Positions 27,405 to 37,479 of a stretch of DNA of 64,000 nucleotides are shown piece by piece; within the stretch, counting starts at the first letter, position 1; every line of letters begins with the position of its first letter. The DNA is from Bacteroidia bacterium (lineage in GTDB: Bacteria; Bacteroidota; Bacteroidia; NS11-12g; UBA9320), in assembly GCA_017857855.1 (NCBI GenBank), contig JAFMCI010000001.1:33982-97981 (forward strand), given 5' to 3'. Below the pieces are notes generated by a model. The model did no database searches. It had not been told where the DNA came from and was given only the letters and a program-made list of their open reading frames with translations. The translations under genes were made by a program, and so were the position numbers.

Positions 27405-30125
27405 TTAATGTTGTACAATCACCTTAGAAACCGCTTTTGATTTATTACCAATTACTTCAATAAAATAATTTCCGTTATTTAGATTTTCTGTACTAAGTTT
27501 AATCGTTCCACTGTTAGTTCCTTTTTGGCTAGTTGCTAATTGACCAGTTATGCTGTATACATTTAAGGTATAAGCTCCTATAATTTCAGTATTGATGGTT
27601 ATGAGATTATTAGCTGGGTTAGGATATGCAGTAATAGTTGGTTTATTACTTGTATTATCTGATTTGATACTAGCTGTTAGAGAATTTGATTCCCAGATTC
27701 CCATACCATGAGTTGCGGCGTAAATTTTGACACCAGACCAAGGTTTAGATTTAATTTGTATTATTTCAAAAACAGGAACTCGAGGCATAGGCATGTCAGT
27801 TTTTACACCAGTTATATTCTCTGTCCAAGTAGGAGTAGAAGCACTGCCATTATTTGTAGCCCACACGCCAAACTCAGTTCCAAGAATAATGACATTTGGA
27901 TCATCTTCACTAATTAGTGCGTGATACACTGGGAATTTAGGTAAAGCTCCTTGTATACTTGTCCATGTTGGTGATGCAGCACTCAGATTATTTGTAATAT
28001 ATACGTAATTGGTATTACCGTAGTTACCTAAAGAGATAACTGCTCTATCTGAATTTGCATCATCAATAGCTAAAGAAGTAATAGTTCTGTTAAAAACAGA
28101 AAGGTTACTCGTAATCTCTGTTTGAACTAATTCGTCTGCTATATCATCATATTTTTTGACAATTGCTGTGTCGAATTTGGCAGAAATTAGATTGTCTATT
28201 CTGTATATTTTACCTCCAGAAGTAGTGGCATAAAGTGAGTTACCATCTTTTGAAGTGGTCATGAAATGTATGCCTCTCTTATCAGAAACCCTAAACCATC
28301 TTATAGAACCTCTTCCTTTAGGTTTTCCTGGATCAAATGCTTTACCATTTGCGTCAGTACACATCCAAATTCCATTGTCCATTGCAAAAAATAATCTAGA
28401 ATTGACTAGTGTATCATCTCCCTCTACAGCGCCAGTTCTTTTTATACGATCAATAACCGTTGGGTCTTCCCATAGGGTTAGTGGATTGTCAAAATAGCTA
28501 GTAATGTTCGCGTTTTCATTATTAGGCGTTTTAAAAGAAGCTGCGATACGGTTGTCCCACATGGATCCCATATCAGAACCACCAGTTATTGATCTATTTA
28601 GTCCACCATATTGGTTCTCAGCAAACATAATGTTAGGATCATATTGTGAGATCTCACACTGAAATCCATCTCCTCCTAATAAGTCAAAAGAATTTTTACG
28701 CGGGAATGTTTCACCGCTTAAGATGACGGTATTATTGTCTTGAGTACCTCCGATAACGCGATTATCTGTACTCGCTGCGATTCCGAAAAATTGTGAAGTT
28801 ATGTAGTTTAAGCTAATATCTCTGTACCTGTCTAACTGGGCGTTAGTTGTTCTGGCAATACCTCCATCATTACAAATGTACATGATTGGATCAGTCCCAG
28901 TATTGTCAAAGCTTATGAGGTGTTTATCTGAATGCACTCCAAAAGGATTTGTTGGAGAGTTGAAAGTATTACCTACAATTTTAGGTCCTTCTGATAATGT
29001 CCATTCTGCAAGTTGTACGCCGCCAATGAAAACCCTATCTTTATCTCTTGGGTGTACACCTATAGCTAAGTTGTAATCCCCCTGTGACTGAACACCGATA
29101 CTGGTAAATGGAGCAAAGAATTGACTAATTTGACCAACTTCTTGGGTAAAAGAAACCCCAGCATCGGTAGATCTATATAATCCTTTTAATGCGCTGTTAT
29201 AAGAAGTTCCATTCAAACTAGCAGGACCTACCACTACTAGGTAGCAATAATTAGGATCACTTTCAGACCAAGCCACACCGCCTCTTGAGTTAGGAGTTAT
29301 TCCGGAAATAAGCTTATAGTCATCTTTGTTTGTAGCATCAGTTGCTCTCCAAAAAGCGTTTCCAATATAGGCTATGATGGTTCCGTTTTTGTTAAACTTG
29401 ATATCCTTACAACTTCCCCCTCTTAGTAAGGTCCAAGAAGAACCTCCATCATCACTATAACGCAGACCATTTTGTGATCCACAGAATAACATATTTTGTG
29501 TTGGATGTGACGCGAGTACGAAGATGTTTCCAAAGGTGTTTGCACTGTTTACTTTTGAAAAAGTATTGCCATCTGTAGATTTGAACATACCCATTCCATT
29601 AAATGAGCTACTCTCTGTACCATCCACGTTTATGTAAATGCCATTCTCTCCAGTTCCATAATAAATTGCACCATCGCTAGTTTGTGCCATGCCTATTACT
29701 CCAAAATTATCGCTTTCAGCAGTAATCGGGTACCAAGTGCCTCCTCGGTTTACAGATTTAAATACAGATCCGGAAACTCCACCTGTATAAAGTATTTGTG
29801 GATTATCCTTATCTATAACCAAACATCTGGTTCTACCTCCAACGTTATCTGGACCTCTAAAGTCCCATTTCACCGGCCAAGAAGTTTTGTATTTACTTGA
29901 GTTTACTGCTTTTATTTGGCTCATTACCTCAGCAACATCCTCATTAGAAACAGTGCCTGTTATTTGATTAGCTCTTAGTAACTTCATGTAGCTAGAGTAA
30001 CCATCTATACCTTGTGTCACTTTTTCTCTAGGAGAATAAGATGGTTCTACACTTAAGTAACCAAGTGTAACTGCTCCAAAAACAAAGCAGCCAGCAATAA
30101 TTGATAGTATTGTATTTTTGTTCAT
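27405..30125 (-). CDS. Secreted BNR/Asp-box repeat beta-propeller protein (sortilin/VPS10-like) with T9SS C-terminal sorting domain
   Basis: Signal peptide; multiple S-x-D-x-G-x-T-W/F Asp-box motifs (SVNRGGTWY, KSTDGNTF, SDDGGSSWT, STDAGVSF); C-terminal YPNPANNLITIN...YFIEV...VSKVIVQH T9SS CTD. Confidence 0.6.
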   Translation of the reverse strand: MNKNTILSIIAGCFVFGAVTLGYLSVEPSYSPREKVTQGIDGYSSYMKLLRANQITGTVSNEDVAEVMSQIKAVNSSKYKTSWPVKWDFRGPDNVGGRTRCLVIDKDNPQILYTGGVSGSVFKSVNRGGTWYPITAESDNFGVIGMAQTSDGAIYYGTGENGIYINVDGTESSSFNGMGMFKSTDGNTFSKVNSANTFGNIFVLASHPTQNMLFCGSQNGLRYSDDGGSSWTLLRGGSCKDIKFNKNGTIIAYIGNAFWRATDATNKDDYKLISGITPNSRGGVAWSESDPNYCYLVVVGPASLNGTSYNSALKGLYRSTDAGVSFTQEVGQISQFFAPFTSIGVQSQGDYNLAIGVHPRDKDRVFIGGVQLAEWTLSEGPKIVGNTFNSPTNPFGVHSDKHLISFDNTGTDPIMYICNDGGIARTTNAQLDRYRDISLNYITSQFFGIAASTDNRVIGGTQDNNTVILSGETFPRKNSFDLLGGDGFQCEISQYDPNIMFAENQYGGLNRSITGGSDMGSMWDNRIAASFKTPNNENANITSYFDNPLTLWEDPTVIDRIKRTGAVEGDDTLVNSRLFFAMDNGIWMCTDANGKAFDPGKPKGRGSIRWFRVSDKRGIHFMTTSKDGNSLYATTSGGKIYRIDNLISAKFDTAIVKKYDDIADELVQTEITSNLSVFNRTITSLAIDDANSDRAVISLGNYGNTNYVYITNNLSAASPTWTSIQGALPKFPVYHALISEDDPNVIILGTEFGVWATNNGSASTPTWTENITGVKTDMPMPRVPVFEIIQIKSKPWSGVKIYAATHGMGIWESNSLTASIKSDNTSNKPTITAYPNPANNLITINTEIIGAYTLNVYSITGQLATSQKGTNSGTIKLSTENLNNGNYFIEVIGNKSKAVSKVIVQH

Positions 30126-30231
30126 TTGCTATATTGTGTCAATTTTAAACACACAAATTTAGTTTTTGATTTAATACAATCAAGTAATAGTTCAGTAAGG
30201 GTGTATTTCGGTTTACTAACGCACTGTTTTT

Positions 30232-30906
30232 CTATGGATTAGATCCTAATTTATAAGACAGATAAATTGAAAAAAATGATTGCGTTTCTGTCTTGTAAAG
30301 CACATTTAAGCCTTGAGGAAATAAGTCTAACCGAGCTCCTGTTGTCCATTTTTGGAGAAGGTAGAGGTCATTTTTATTCGTACTAAGGTTTACGTCAAAG
30401 TGCAATCCAAGCTTATATGTTAGTTCATACAGACCCCTAGTCCAGTTAGCCGGCCCGTATATGTCAGCTTGGTTTTGAAGTGTTTCTTCATTTTGAACAA
30501 TAATGAGAGCCTGTCTATCTTCTGACTTTGGATCTAAGTACCCAATATAGTATGGCTTAAGAATTCCTATGCTAGGTCCAAAACATGCGCCTAAAAATAA
30601 GTTTTGTTTATTGGGTAAATAGTTGCCAAGTCTTTTGGATATAGAATAGCCGATTCTAAGTGCGCCTGCCGAATTAACTTTTCCGAGAACAAATGATTTA
30701 GGATTTGTGGTAAACTGGTTTTGCACTTTTGTTTCATTAACAGTTTGTAACGTTTGAAAGTCAAGACTTAAGCAATTTTGGTAATTAGAAGTTACAGAAG
30801 ATAATGATGTCGAAATATTTATCCCAAAACCATTGGTTGCTGCTATAAGTCCAGCATTTAGATTTTTAGAATAACTGTATTGACCAAACGAGGAAATATT
30901 GGCCAT
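30232..30906 (-). CDS. Hypothetical protein, possible outer-membrane beta-barrel; the 5' end is uncertain
   Basis: Alternating amphipathic beta-strand-like composition. A signal-peptide-like sequence lies in frame upstream of the first ATG (see findings). Confidence 0.35.
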   Translation of the reverse strand: MANISSFGQYSYSKNLNAGLIAATNGFGINISTSLSSVTSNYQNCLSLDFQTLQTVNETKVQNQFTTNPKSFVLGKVNSAGALRIGYSISKRLGNYLPNKQNLFLGACFGPSIGILKPYYIGYLDPKSEDRQALIIVQNEETLQNQADIYGPANWTRGLYELTYKLGLHFDVNLSTNKNDLYLLQKWTTGARLDLFPQGLNVLYKTETQSFFSIYLSYKLGSNP

Positions 30907-31032
30907 TAAAAGTATTATAATGCTTGATTTCTTTGAGAAGACAAGTTTAAATGGGGTTATATTATGTAGCTGTTTTATAGTAATAGAGTAAAAGTAATAT
31001 TTAATTTATTATTGTCCTAAACTTCGAGAAAA

Positions 31033-31434
31033 ATGACATCAACTGTTACGTATCAAAACAATCTTAGAACAGAGTGCACTCATCTAGCATCTACATCTAC
31101 CATACACACTGATGCTCCCATTGATAATAATGGTAAAGGAGAATTGTTTTCTCCCACGGATTTAGTAGCAACTGCATTGGCATCTTGTATGATTACAGTG
31201 ATGGGTATCAAAGCGGAGCAAACAAATATTCAATTCACGCAAGTGAAGGCACTAGTCAAGAAGGTTATGGCTAATGACCCAAGAAGAATATCAATGATAC
31301 AAGTACAACTAGAAGTGAGAGACAGTTGGAGTGAGAAAGAGCGGAAAATAATGGAAAACACGGCTAAAACTTGCCCTGTTGCTCAAAGCTTACATCCAGA
31401 TATTAAACAAGAAATAACTTTTGTTTACAAATAA
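31033..31434 (+). CDS. OsmC/Ohr family peroxiredoxin-like protein
   Basis: 133 aa; ATALASCM and TCPV cysteine motifs typical of OsmC. Confidence 0.7.
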   Translation: MTSTVTYQNNLRTECTHLASTSTIHTDAPIDNNGKGELFSPTDLVATALASCMITVMGIKAEQTNIQFTQVKALVKKVMANDPRRISMIQVQLEVRDSWSEKERKIMENTAKTCPVAQSLHPDIKQEITFVYK

Positions 31435-31745
31435 GAGAGAATAATACTAGGCTTAATACCCATGTGGGATGCCACGTATACCACTTCATTATTTTTTAGA
31501 ACTATAACTTGTGGGGATTCGTGATCTACACCCAAGTGGCTGGCCAACAGTAATGAGTTACTCCTATTTGCTACCACATCGATCAAAATAACATGGGCAC
31601 TTTGATCCAGTTCGGCTTGACTTTCAAGCAACCTGTTTAGTGCTACTGAGCTTATAGAACACCTGTTGCTGTGTTTAATGATAACTACGGGTTTAGCTTC
31701 TGAATTAATGCTGGAAATATCAACATCAGTCGTATAAGACCACAT
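31425..31745 (-). CDS. YtxJ-like bacillithiol-system redox protein (DUF2847, thioredoxin-like)
   Basis: 106 aa; single-Cys C-x-I-S motif (NRCSIS) in a thioredoxin-like fold. Confidence 0.45.
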   Translation of the reverse strand: MWSYTTDVDISSINSEAKPVVIIKHSNRCSISSVALNRLLESQAELDQSAHVILIDVVANRSNSLLLASHLGVDHESPQVIVLKNNEVVYVASHMGIKPSIILSYL

Positions 31746-31750
31746 GTAGA

Positions 31751-31885
31751 TTATCCGATTACTGCCTTAGAAACTGGTGATACCTGGCCTACTCCTGGGC
31801 AAGCGTCACGAGATCTACACGAGGTGAATGTTGCAGAAATAAATAGAGCGATAGCAACTATGGATAAGATTTTTTTTACGTTCAT
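31751..31885 (-). CDS. Small ORF (44 aa) encoding a putative lipoprotein signal peptide plus a ~20-aa Cys-containing peptide
   Basis: Reverse-complement translation gives MNVKKILSIVAIALFISATFTSCRSRDACPGVGQVSPVSKAVIG. It is missing from the ORF track because it is under 60 aa. It ends 5 bp before the ytxJ-like start on the same strand. Confidence 0.25.
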   Translation of the reverse strand: MNVKKILSIVAIALFISATFTSCRSRDACPGVGQVSPVSKAVIG

Positions 31886-31940
31886 TTTTCTAAATTAATA
31901 TTGTGGCGATAAGTTAGTAACGATTAAATCACCAACTATA

Positions 31941-33119
31941 GTGCAAAGTAACGATATTATAGATGTATTAGAAAGCGAAGAAGCAATTACATTTATCAGT
32001 GAGAATATAAACGCTGATTTGCCATCTATCTCGTTGAAATACGCAGGTAAAACAAGTTTTAATTTTACAATTTGCTTAAAATTAATGGCTGTGTATGCTA
32101 AGGCACAAAAAAAAATACCGCTCTTTTGGAACAAGCGTCTAGCGATAGATCAACGGTCTTATGAGCAATGCACTTCGCAAGCAGTAGCAGAATATAAATG
32201 TAGTTTTATTAAAGGAGAGACCTTGTTGGATATTACGGGCGGTATTGGCGTAGATAGTATTTTTCTTTCTTCCACTTTTCAGTCTGTTAAAGCGGTGGAA
32301 AAAAACATGGAATTACATCAACTTGCAGCCTATAATGTGACTAAACTGGACATACCAAATCTTATTAGACTATGCGGTGAAGGGGCTAATTATTTGGATC
32401 AAAAGTATGATTGGATATATGTAGATCCAGATAGGAGACCAGGGAATGTCCGAGCTGTTGCTTTACCGTCATTAGAACCTAATGTATTGGATCTTTTGCC
32501 AGATTTTAAACATTGTGCAACATGGGTTTACATAAAGCTCTCCCCACTTTTTGATTTGAGCGAAATCTGGAGGCAGTTTATAAATGTGAAGACAGTGCAT
32601 CTAATTGCAGAACGTGGTGAAATTAAGGAGGTAGGTGTGATTCTGGATATGAGTCGTTTTTCTAACCAAAAAACAGTTGTTTTGAGAGATGTTTATTCTG
32701 ATTTTTCACAAGAAATAAATCTTGAAGCACCTAACGTTTTTAATTTTTCTGAAGAGGTTAGTGGTCCTTATTTATTAGTGCCAATTGCCTTAGTTTCTAA
32801 GGCTGGAGCTGCTCATTTTTTTCTTAAGGAAACGTTGTCAACAAAACACGAAACATTTGACTTGTATTTTTCTAAGTCGTCAAGTGTTTATGGTTTCAGG
32901 AGTTTTGAGATTATGATTCAAACAAAGCTAAATGTTAAAGAGCTCAAATTAGCGTGTCGGGATTTTGGAATAACGCAACTTAATATAGTGATCAAAGGGA
33001 TTTCAGACACTCCCGATTTGTGGCACAAAAAACTCGGAACAAAGGATGGCGGCAATTACTTTTTGTTTTTACTAAAAGGAAATAAAAACCATGCAATTCT
33101 GGTGCAGTCTATTTTTTAG
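31941..33119 (+). CDS. Class I SAM-dependent methyltransferase
   Basis: LLDITGGIGVDS glycine-rich SAM-binding motif with a downstream acidic residue; 392 aa. Confidence 0.5.
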   Translation: MQSNDIIDVLESEEAITFISENINADLPSISLKYAGKTSFNFTICLKLMAVYAKAQKKIPLFWNKRLAIDQRSYEQCTSQAVAEYKCSFIKGETLLDITGGIGVDSIFLSSTFQSVKAVEKNMELHQLAAYNVTKLDIPNLIRLCGEGANYLDQKYDWIYVDPDRRPGNVRAVALPSLEPNVLDLLPDFKHCATWVYIKLSPLFDLSEIWRQFINVKTVHLIAERGEIKEVGVILDMSRFSNQKTVVLRDVYSDFSQEINLEAPNVFNFSEEVSGPYLLVPIALVSKAGAAHFFLKETLSTKHETFDLYFSKSSSVYGFRSFEIMIQTKLNVKELKLACRDFGITQLNIVIKGISDTPDLWHKKLGTKDGGNYFLFLLKGNKNHAILVQSIF

Positions 33120-33849
33120 ATATTATAAAAGCTTCTAGAGCAGCCACCATACTGGGGTGCTCAGGAGACGGTGCAGCTATTGTATTTACCAATCCTGCTT
33201 TTTCTAAAGCTTCATTTGTAGATTTTCCCCAGCCAGCTATTGCTCTGTTTTCTTGTTTAAATTCAGGAAAATTGGCAAAGAGAGATTCTATACCTTGAGG
33301 GCTAAAAAAAACAAGAATATCGTAATAGACACTTGCTAAACCGGATAAATCAGAATTAACCGTGTTGTACATGATTGCTTGGGTGAACTTGATACCCATT
33401 TCACTTGCAAAATTGGGTATTGTTTCCTGTCTTATATTCGAACAAGGGTACAAGTAATCTAATGATTTATGCTTTTTAAGTAATTCTTGAAAAGATGCAT
33501 CTGTTCCTTTACCTACAAACATTTTGCGCTTACGCAATTGAGTATACTTTTGGATGTATAGAGAAACTCCCTCGTTAGTACAAAAATATTTCATTGTGGG
33601 AGGAATTTCCACTTTCATTTCATCTACGATTCTAAAGAAATGATCTATTGCGTTTCGTGAATTAAATATAACGGCGTCGTGATCTAGAATTCTAAGTTTC
33701 TGTTTTCTGAGCTCTCTTGCGGGAACACCTTGTACCTCGATAAACGAATGAAAATCAATTCTTACACCGTGTTTTTCGGTGAGAACATCATATACAGTTT
33801 TTTTACTGCCAGGATGAGGTTGCGATATTAGAATACTTTTTATGCTCAT
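33109..33849 (-). CDS. hemD: Uroporphyrinogen-III synthase
   Basis: HemD-like two-lobe architecture. I placed the start at the internal Met (MSIKSILISQPHPG...) because the upstream extension in the ORF track would overlap the neighbouring gene and looks non-native. Confidence 0.55.
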   Translation of the reverse strand: MSIKSILISQPHPGSKKTVYDVLTEKHGVRIDFHSFIEVQGVPARELRKQKLRILDHDAVIFNSRNAIDHFFRIVDEMKVEIPPTMKYFCTNEGVSLYIQKYTQLRKRKMFVGKGTDASFQELLKKHKSLDYLYPCSNIRQETIPNFASEMGIKFTQAIMYNTVNSDLSGLASVYYDILVFFSPQGIESLFANFPEFKQENRAIAGWGKSTNEALEKAGLVNTIAAPSPEHPSMVAALEAFIISKK

Positions 33850-33857
33850 GAACCACC

Positions 33858-34526
33858 TTAACTGTTTACGAATAATACTTTGACTATAACTAGTGCAGGA
33901 ACTATTTCGAAGGCGCAAAGGTACACAAAAAGAGTAAATATTGAGTACTTAAAGTTGTTCTGCAGTAGCACGATAGTGCCGAAAAGTCTGACTAGAAAAT
34001 AAAGGAGGCTAACTACAAGTAAAATACTCAAATAGTTGCTGGACAGATTTTCATAAAAAACGTCAATTAATAAGACAAAAATCACAATAAGCGTAAACCA
34101 TTGATTTAAGCTGTATTGAAAATCTACTAGTTGACTACCCGTTCTGCTTGATTTGTGCAAACTGAAGTAACTTGAATTTGCAATAAATTTCACAGCGAAT
34201 AGTGAAGCGGTTATAAGTGTAATCTCAATATAAGTAGAAGATAAATTGTCTGTTGATGTGAGATTATACGAATAGATAGCGCTGGAAATAATCAACACGC
34301 AAAGTAAAAATGAACTTACACGAAAAATAAGGTCGGCGGAGTACTTCTCGCTTTGCCATCCAAATCTTTGAAACGGAAGGAGGGCAAGAGATTTTAACGA
34401 TACAAACCAGCTTCTATTGATAGTGTAAAAAATCACTAAAATCACTAAAATGCAAAGAAGCACTACTCTAAGAAAAAGTGGAGATTGGTTTCGCAGAATA
34501 AGCTCTAAGAATAGCATAAGTGACAA
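33858..34526 (-). CDS. DUF4271-like polytopic membrane protein
   Basis: 222 aa, about six TM helices; sits directly upstream of hemD in the same orientation, an arrangement common in Bacteroidetes. Confidence 0.4.
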   Translation of the reverse strand: MSLMLFLELILRNQSPLFLRVVLLCILVILVIFYTINRSWFVSLKSLALLPFQRFGWQSEKYSADLIFRVSSFLLCVLIISSAIYSYNLTSTDNLSSTYIEITLITASLFAVKFIANSSYFSLHKSSRTGSQLVDFQYSLNQWFTLIVIFVLLIDVFYENLSSNYLSILLVVSLLYFLVRLFGTIVLLQNNFKYSIFTLFVYLCAFEIVPALVIVKVLFVNS

Positions 34527-34552
34527 CGCTGAGCAAAGGTCGGTTATTTTGA

Positions 34553-36289
34553 TTAAAAATAATTCACTACGCCAAAGTGAAACTTTGCAGAATTTAATTT
34601 AAGAGCATTGCCTTGTTGACTTCCTAGGGCGTATGCTAGATTTAAAATTCCTTTGCCTACCTGAATATTTGCTAGGGCACCAAAACCAAATGGAATATCT
34701 TTTATAAGGACGCTACTTTCTGAAACATTTTCTATGGCAGCAGCATTGATAAATAATCCCACGTTGCTGTTTTCTCCGATAAGGTATCGATATTCTGCAG
34801 TATAGGATAACAGTTTACTAGCAAAAATCTCATTTTCGTCAAAGCCCCTTAAGGTGCTAAAACCACCAATGTTGTATAACTCATTAAATAAAATGTCTTT
34901 GGCAAATAGTGCATCAAATTGTATTTTTTGAAGAAAGGTGCTTCGCTTTTTTATGGGGATATAAAGGGTAGAATGGATCTTAAAGTCTAAGCGGACACTT
35001 CTGTTATTTATGGTGTCATAGATAGAGATTAATTGACCATTTTCTGTATTTATATATTTGACCTGATTAATGGGCGTATTGCGAAGCAATGTTTTTTGAC
35101 CCACGGCAATATCGGCATAGATAGTATATCCTTTCCTGGGATTTGGTAAATAATCAAAATCTTGTTGAAATGCTGCGATACCGTAATTGTCTATCTTGAA
35201 AGGATTGTTATTAGGGATTCGTTTTAAAGTGCGTACCAAATTAGTGTCGACAGAAAGTAAGTTGCTATTTATATTCTGGTAATAAAATTGGAGATAATTA
35301 TTTCCTTTTTGCTGATATCTGAATGACAGCTTACTCTTTAAATTAACAAATACAGTATCAAATTTATTCAAGCTAAATTCACCGTTAATACCTAGTTTAG
35401 TGTTAAATAAATAAGGGTAAGTAAAATTGACATCTAGTTTTTGAGAGTTTTGTAAATAGTTACGCCAATGCAATGCTATCTGTTTCCCGCTTTTAAACAG
35501 ATTATTTAATTCAACGTTTACCTCGCCTGTAATTAGCAACTTATTTTGATCGCTGTTATTACTATTGGGAGCTAAACCTACTATGCCATCCACCCGGTCA
35601 GTCACAACGTCACTTATATTAAGAATAAGTCGAGCTAATCCTTCATAAAAAACAATTCTCGATGGAGAGTTAAGCTTTATTAAGGGTAAGTTTCTGAGTT
35701 TTTTATCTATTTCACGAGCTTCAAGTTCATTATAGATTTTCCCCTCTTCCATGCCTAAGTATTTGCTGAGGTAAGCCTTGCTGATGGAACAATCTGTCGT
35801 ATAGGCTAATGTATCGTAGGTGAATTTTAGATAAGGATCAAAAAGTAACACGCAGGTCAACGTGTCTTGGGCAATTTTTGGCTCAAGCACATAGACTGTG
35901 GCAAAAGGATATCCACTTTGCTCATAGGTGGTTAAAATCTCATTTTGAAGTTTTAAAAATGCAGAACGTGTAAGTGTGGTTTGGGCTAAAGGTAGGTAGC
36001 CAGAGGTGATATTATGCGATCTTATGTGAATGAACTCATATAAAATATCTTTGAGAATTAGTGCGTGTAGTGTGTCATTGTGAGCCCATAATGAATCTGT
36101 ACTTGCCGCTAAATACCCGGTATTTCGTAAAGCGATAACTTGCTCTTGAAGTGCGTTAATAGCAGAAAAGCTATCGCTAGCAGCACTATAGGTCGATTTT
36201 TCACCTTCCAATACATGTAAGGTGTATGTTTGTGCTTGAGCAAACAAGCAAACCAACATAAAGCTCCAAAATGAAATAACTTTGTGCAC
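34553..36289 (-). CDS. Outer-membrane beta-barrel protein with N-terminal POTRA-like region (BamA/TamA/ShlB superfamily; tentative)
   Basis: Signal peptide (FAQAQT); beta-strand-rich C-terminus ending in a terminal aromatic (…GVVNYF). Confidence 0.35.
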   Translation of the reverse strand: MHKVISFWSFMLVCLFAQAQTYTLHVLEGEKSTYSAASDSFSAINALQEQVIALRNTGYLAASTDSLWAHNDTLHALILKDILYEFIHIRSHNITSGYLPLAQTTLTRSAFLKLQNEILTTYEQSGYPFATVYVLEPKIAQDTLTCVLLFDPYLKFTYDTLAYTTDCSISKAYLSKYLGMEEGKIYNELEAREIDKKLRNLPLIKLNSPSRIVFYEGLARLILNISDVVTDRVDGIVGLAPNSNNSDQNKLLITGEVNVELNNLFKSGKQIALHWRNYLQNSQKLDVNFTYPYLFNTKLGINGEFSLNKFDTVFVNLKSKLSFRYQQKGNNYLQFYYQNINSNLLSVDTNLVRTLKRIPNNNPFKIDNYGIAAFQQDFDYLPNPRKGYTIYADIAVGQKTLLRNTPINQVKYINTENGQLISIYDTINNRSVRLDFKIHSTLYIPIKKRSTFLQKIQFDALFAKDILFNELYNIGGFSTLRGFDENEIFASKLLSYTAEYRYLIGENSNVGLFINAAAIENVSESSVLIKDIPFGFGALANIQVGKGILNLAYALGSQQGNALKLNSAKFHFGVVNYF

Positions 36290-36336
36290 TTCTATTTACA
36301 AAGGTAAACGATAATAAAAGAGCACTTACTATAATT

Positions 36337-37479
36337 TTGGCTGGAATATATATTCATATCCCGTTTTGCAAGAAAGCATGCTTTTATTGTGACTTTCATT
36401 TTGATGTTTCTTTAAAGCATAAGGATGCAGTTTTGAGTTCCCTGCAAAAAGAAATTGTTTCTAACGCTAATTTCTTTAACCGCGATGATGTAATGGATAG
36501 CATTTATTTTGGTGGAGGAACACCAAGCGTTCTAAGTAAAAATGAACTGAGTAGTATCTTGAATGCGCTTTACAATCAGTATACTATCGCTACGAATGCA
36601 GAAATTACGTTTGAGTGCAATCCCGATGATTTGTCTTTAAGTTACCTTGCTGATCTTAAATCGCTTGGCGTGAATAGGTTAAGTATTGGCGTACAAAGTT
36701 TTAAGGATGACCATCTGAAATGGATGAATAGAAGTCACGACAGCGCACAGTCTTTAAAATGTATAGATATGGCTGCTAGTGTGGGATTTACAGATATTAC
36801 ACTAGATTTAATTTATGGAATTCCGGGTCTTGGACTTCAAGAATGGCAAGAGACCGTTGAGCGTGCTTTGGAGTTGCCTATCAATCACCTAAGTGCGTAT
36901 GGGTTAACCTTAGAGCCCAATACCCCCTATCAGCGATTGGTAGATCAAAAGAAATATCAATCTCCCAAGGATGAAAATACGTCAACTCATTTTGAGACGT
37001 TAGTGGCTATTATCCATTCTAAGGGTTGGGAGCATTACGAAGTTTCCAATTTTTGTAAAACCGGAAATTATTCGAGACACAATACTGCCTACTGGCAAAA
37101 TAAAAAATATTTAGGTCTAGGGCCTTCTGCACATAGCTTTACAGGTACCGAACGACGTTGGAATGTAAGCAACAATGCGGAGTATATTTCAAAAATAGCA
37201 GCGGGTGAGCACGTTTTTGAAAGTGAATTTTTAAGTGTAGAAGACCGTGTAAATGAGTACTTACTTACGGGACTCAGAACCAAGTGGGGGGTAAATCTTG
37301 CGGAGTTAAATTCTAACTACGGACATCCAATACATACTTTATTTTCAACGGAGCTAGGTGATTGGGAAAAAAGGGGCTGGATAACTATTAGCCAAGGGCA
37401 ATTAACGTTAACATCCTCAGGATTACTTTTTGCGGATTATATAGCCAGTGAGTTATTTAAGCTAAAAGATGAAATCTAA
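36337..37479 (+). CDS. hemW: Radical SAM heme chaperone HemW (coproporphyrinogen III oxidase-like)
   Basis: IHIPFCKKACFYCDFH radical-SAM CxxxCxxC motif with the conserved HemN/HemW context; 380 aa. Confidence 0.8.
   Translation: MAGIYIHIPFCKKACFYCDFHFDVSLKHKDAVLSSLQKEIVSNANFFNRDDVMDSIYFGGGTPSVLSKNELSSILNALYNQYTIATNAEITFECNPDDLSLSYLADLKSLGVNRLSIGVQSFKDDHLKWMNRSHDSAQSLKCIDMAASVGFTDITLDLIYGIPGLGLQEWQETVERALELPINHLSAYGLTLEPNTPYQRLVDQKKYQSPKDENTSTHFETLVAIIHSKGWEHYEVSNFCKTGNYSRHNTAYWQNKKYLGLGPSAHSFTGTERRWNVSNNAEYISKIAAGEHVFESEFLSVEDRVNEYLLTGLRTKWGVNLAELNSNYGHPIHTLFSTELGDWEKRGWITISQGQLTLTSSGLLFADYIASELFKLKDEI

Noticed and set aside
33850-33918. 23-codon N-terminal extension of hemD in the ORF track (MRLRNSSCTSYSQSIIRKQLRWF)
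   Set aside because: The extension would overlap the upstream DUF4271-like gene and lacks conservation-like features. The internal Met (MSIKSILISQ) gives a typical HemD N-terminus.
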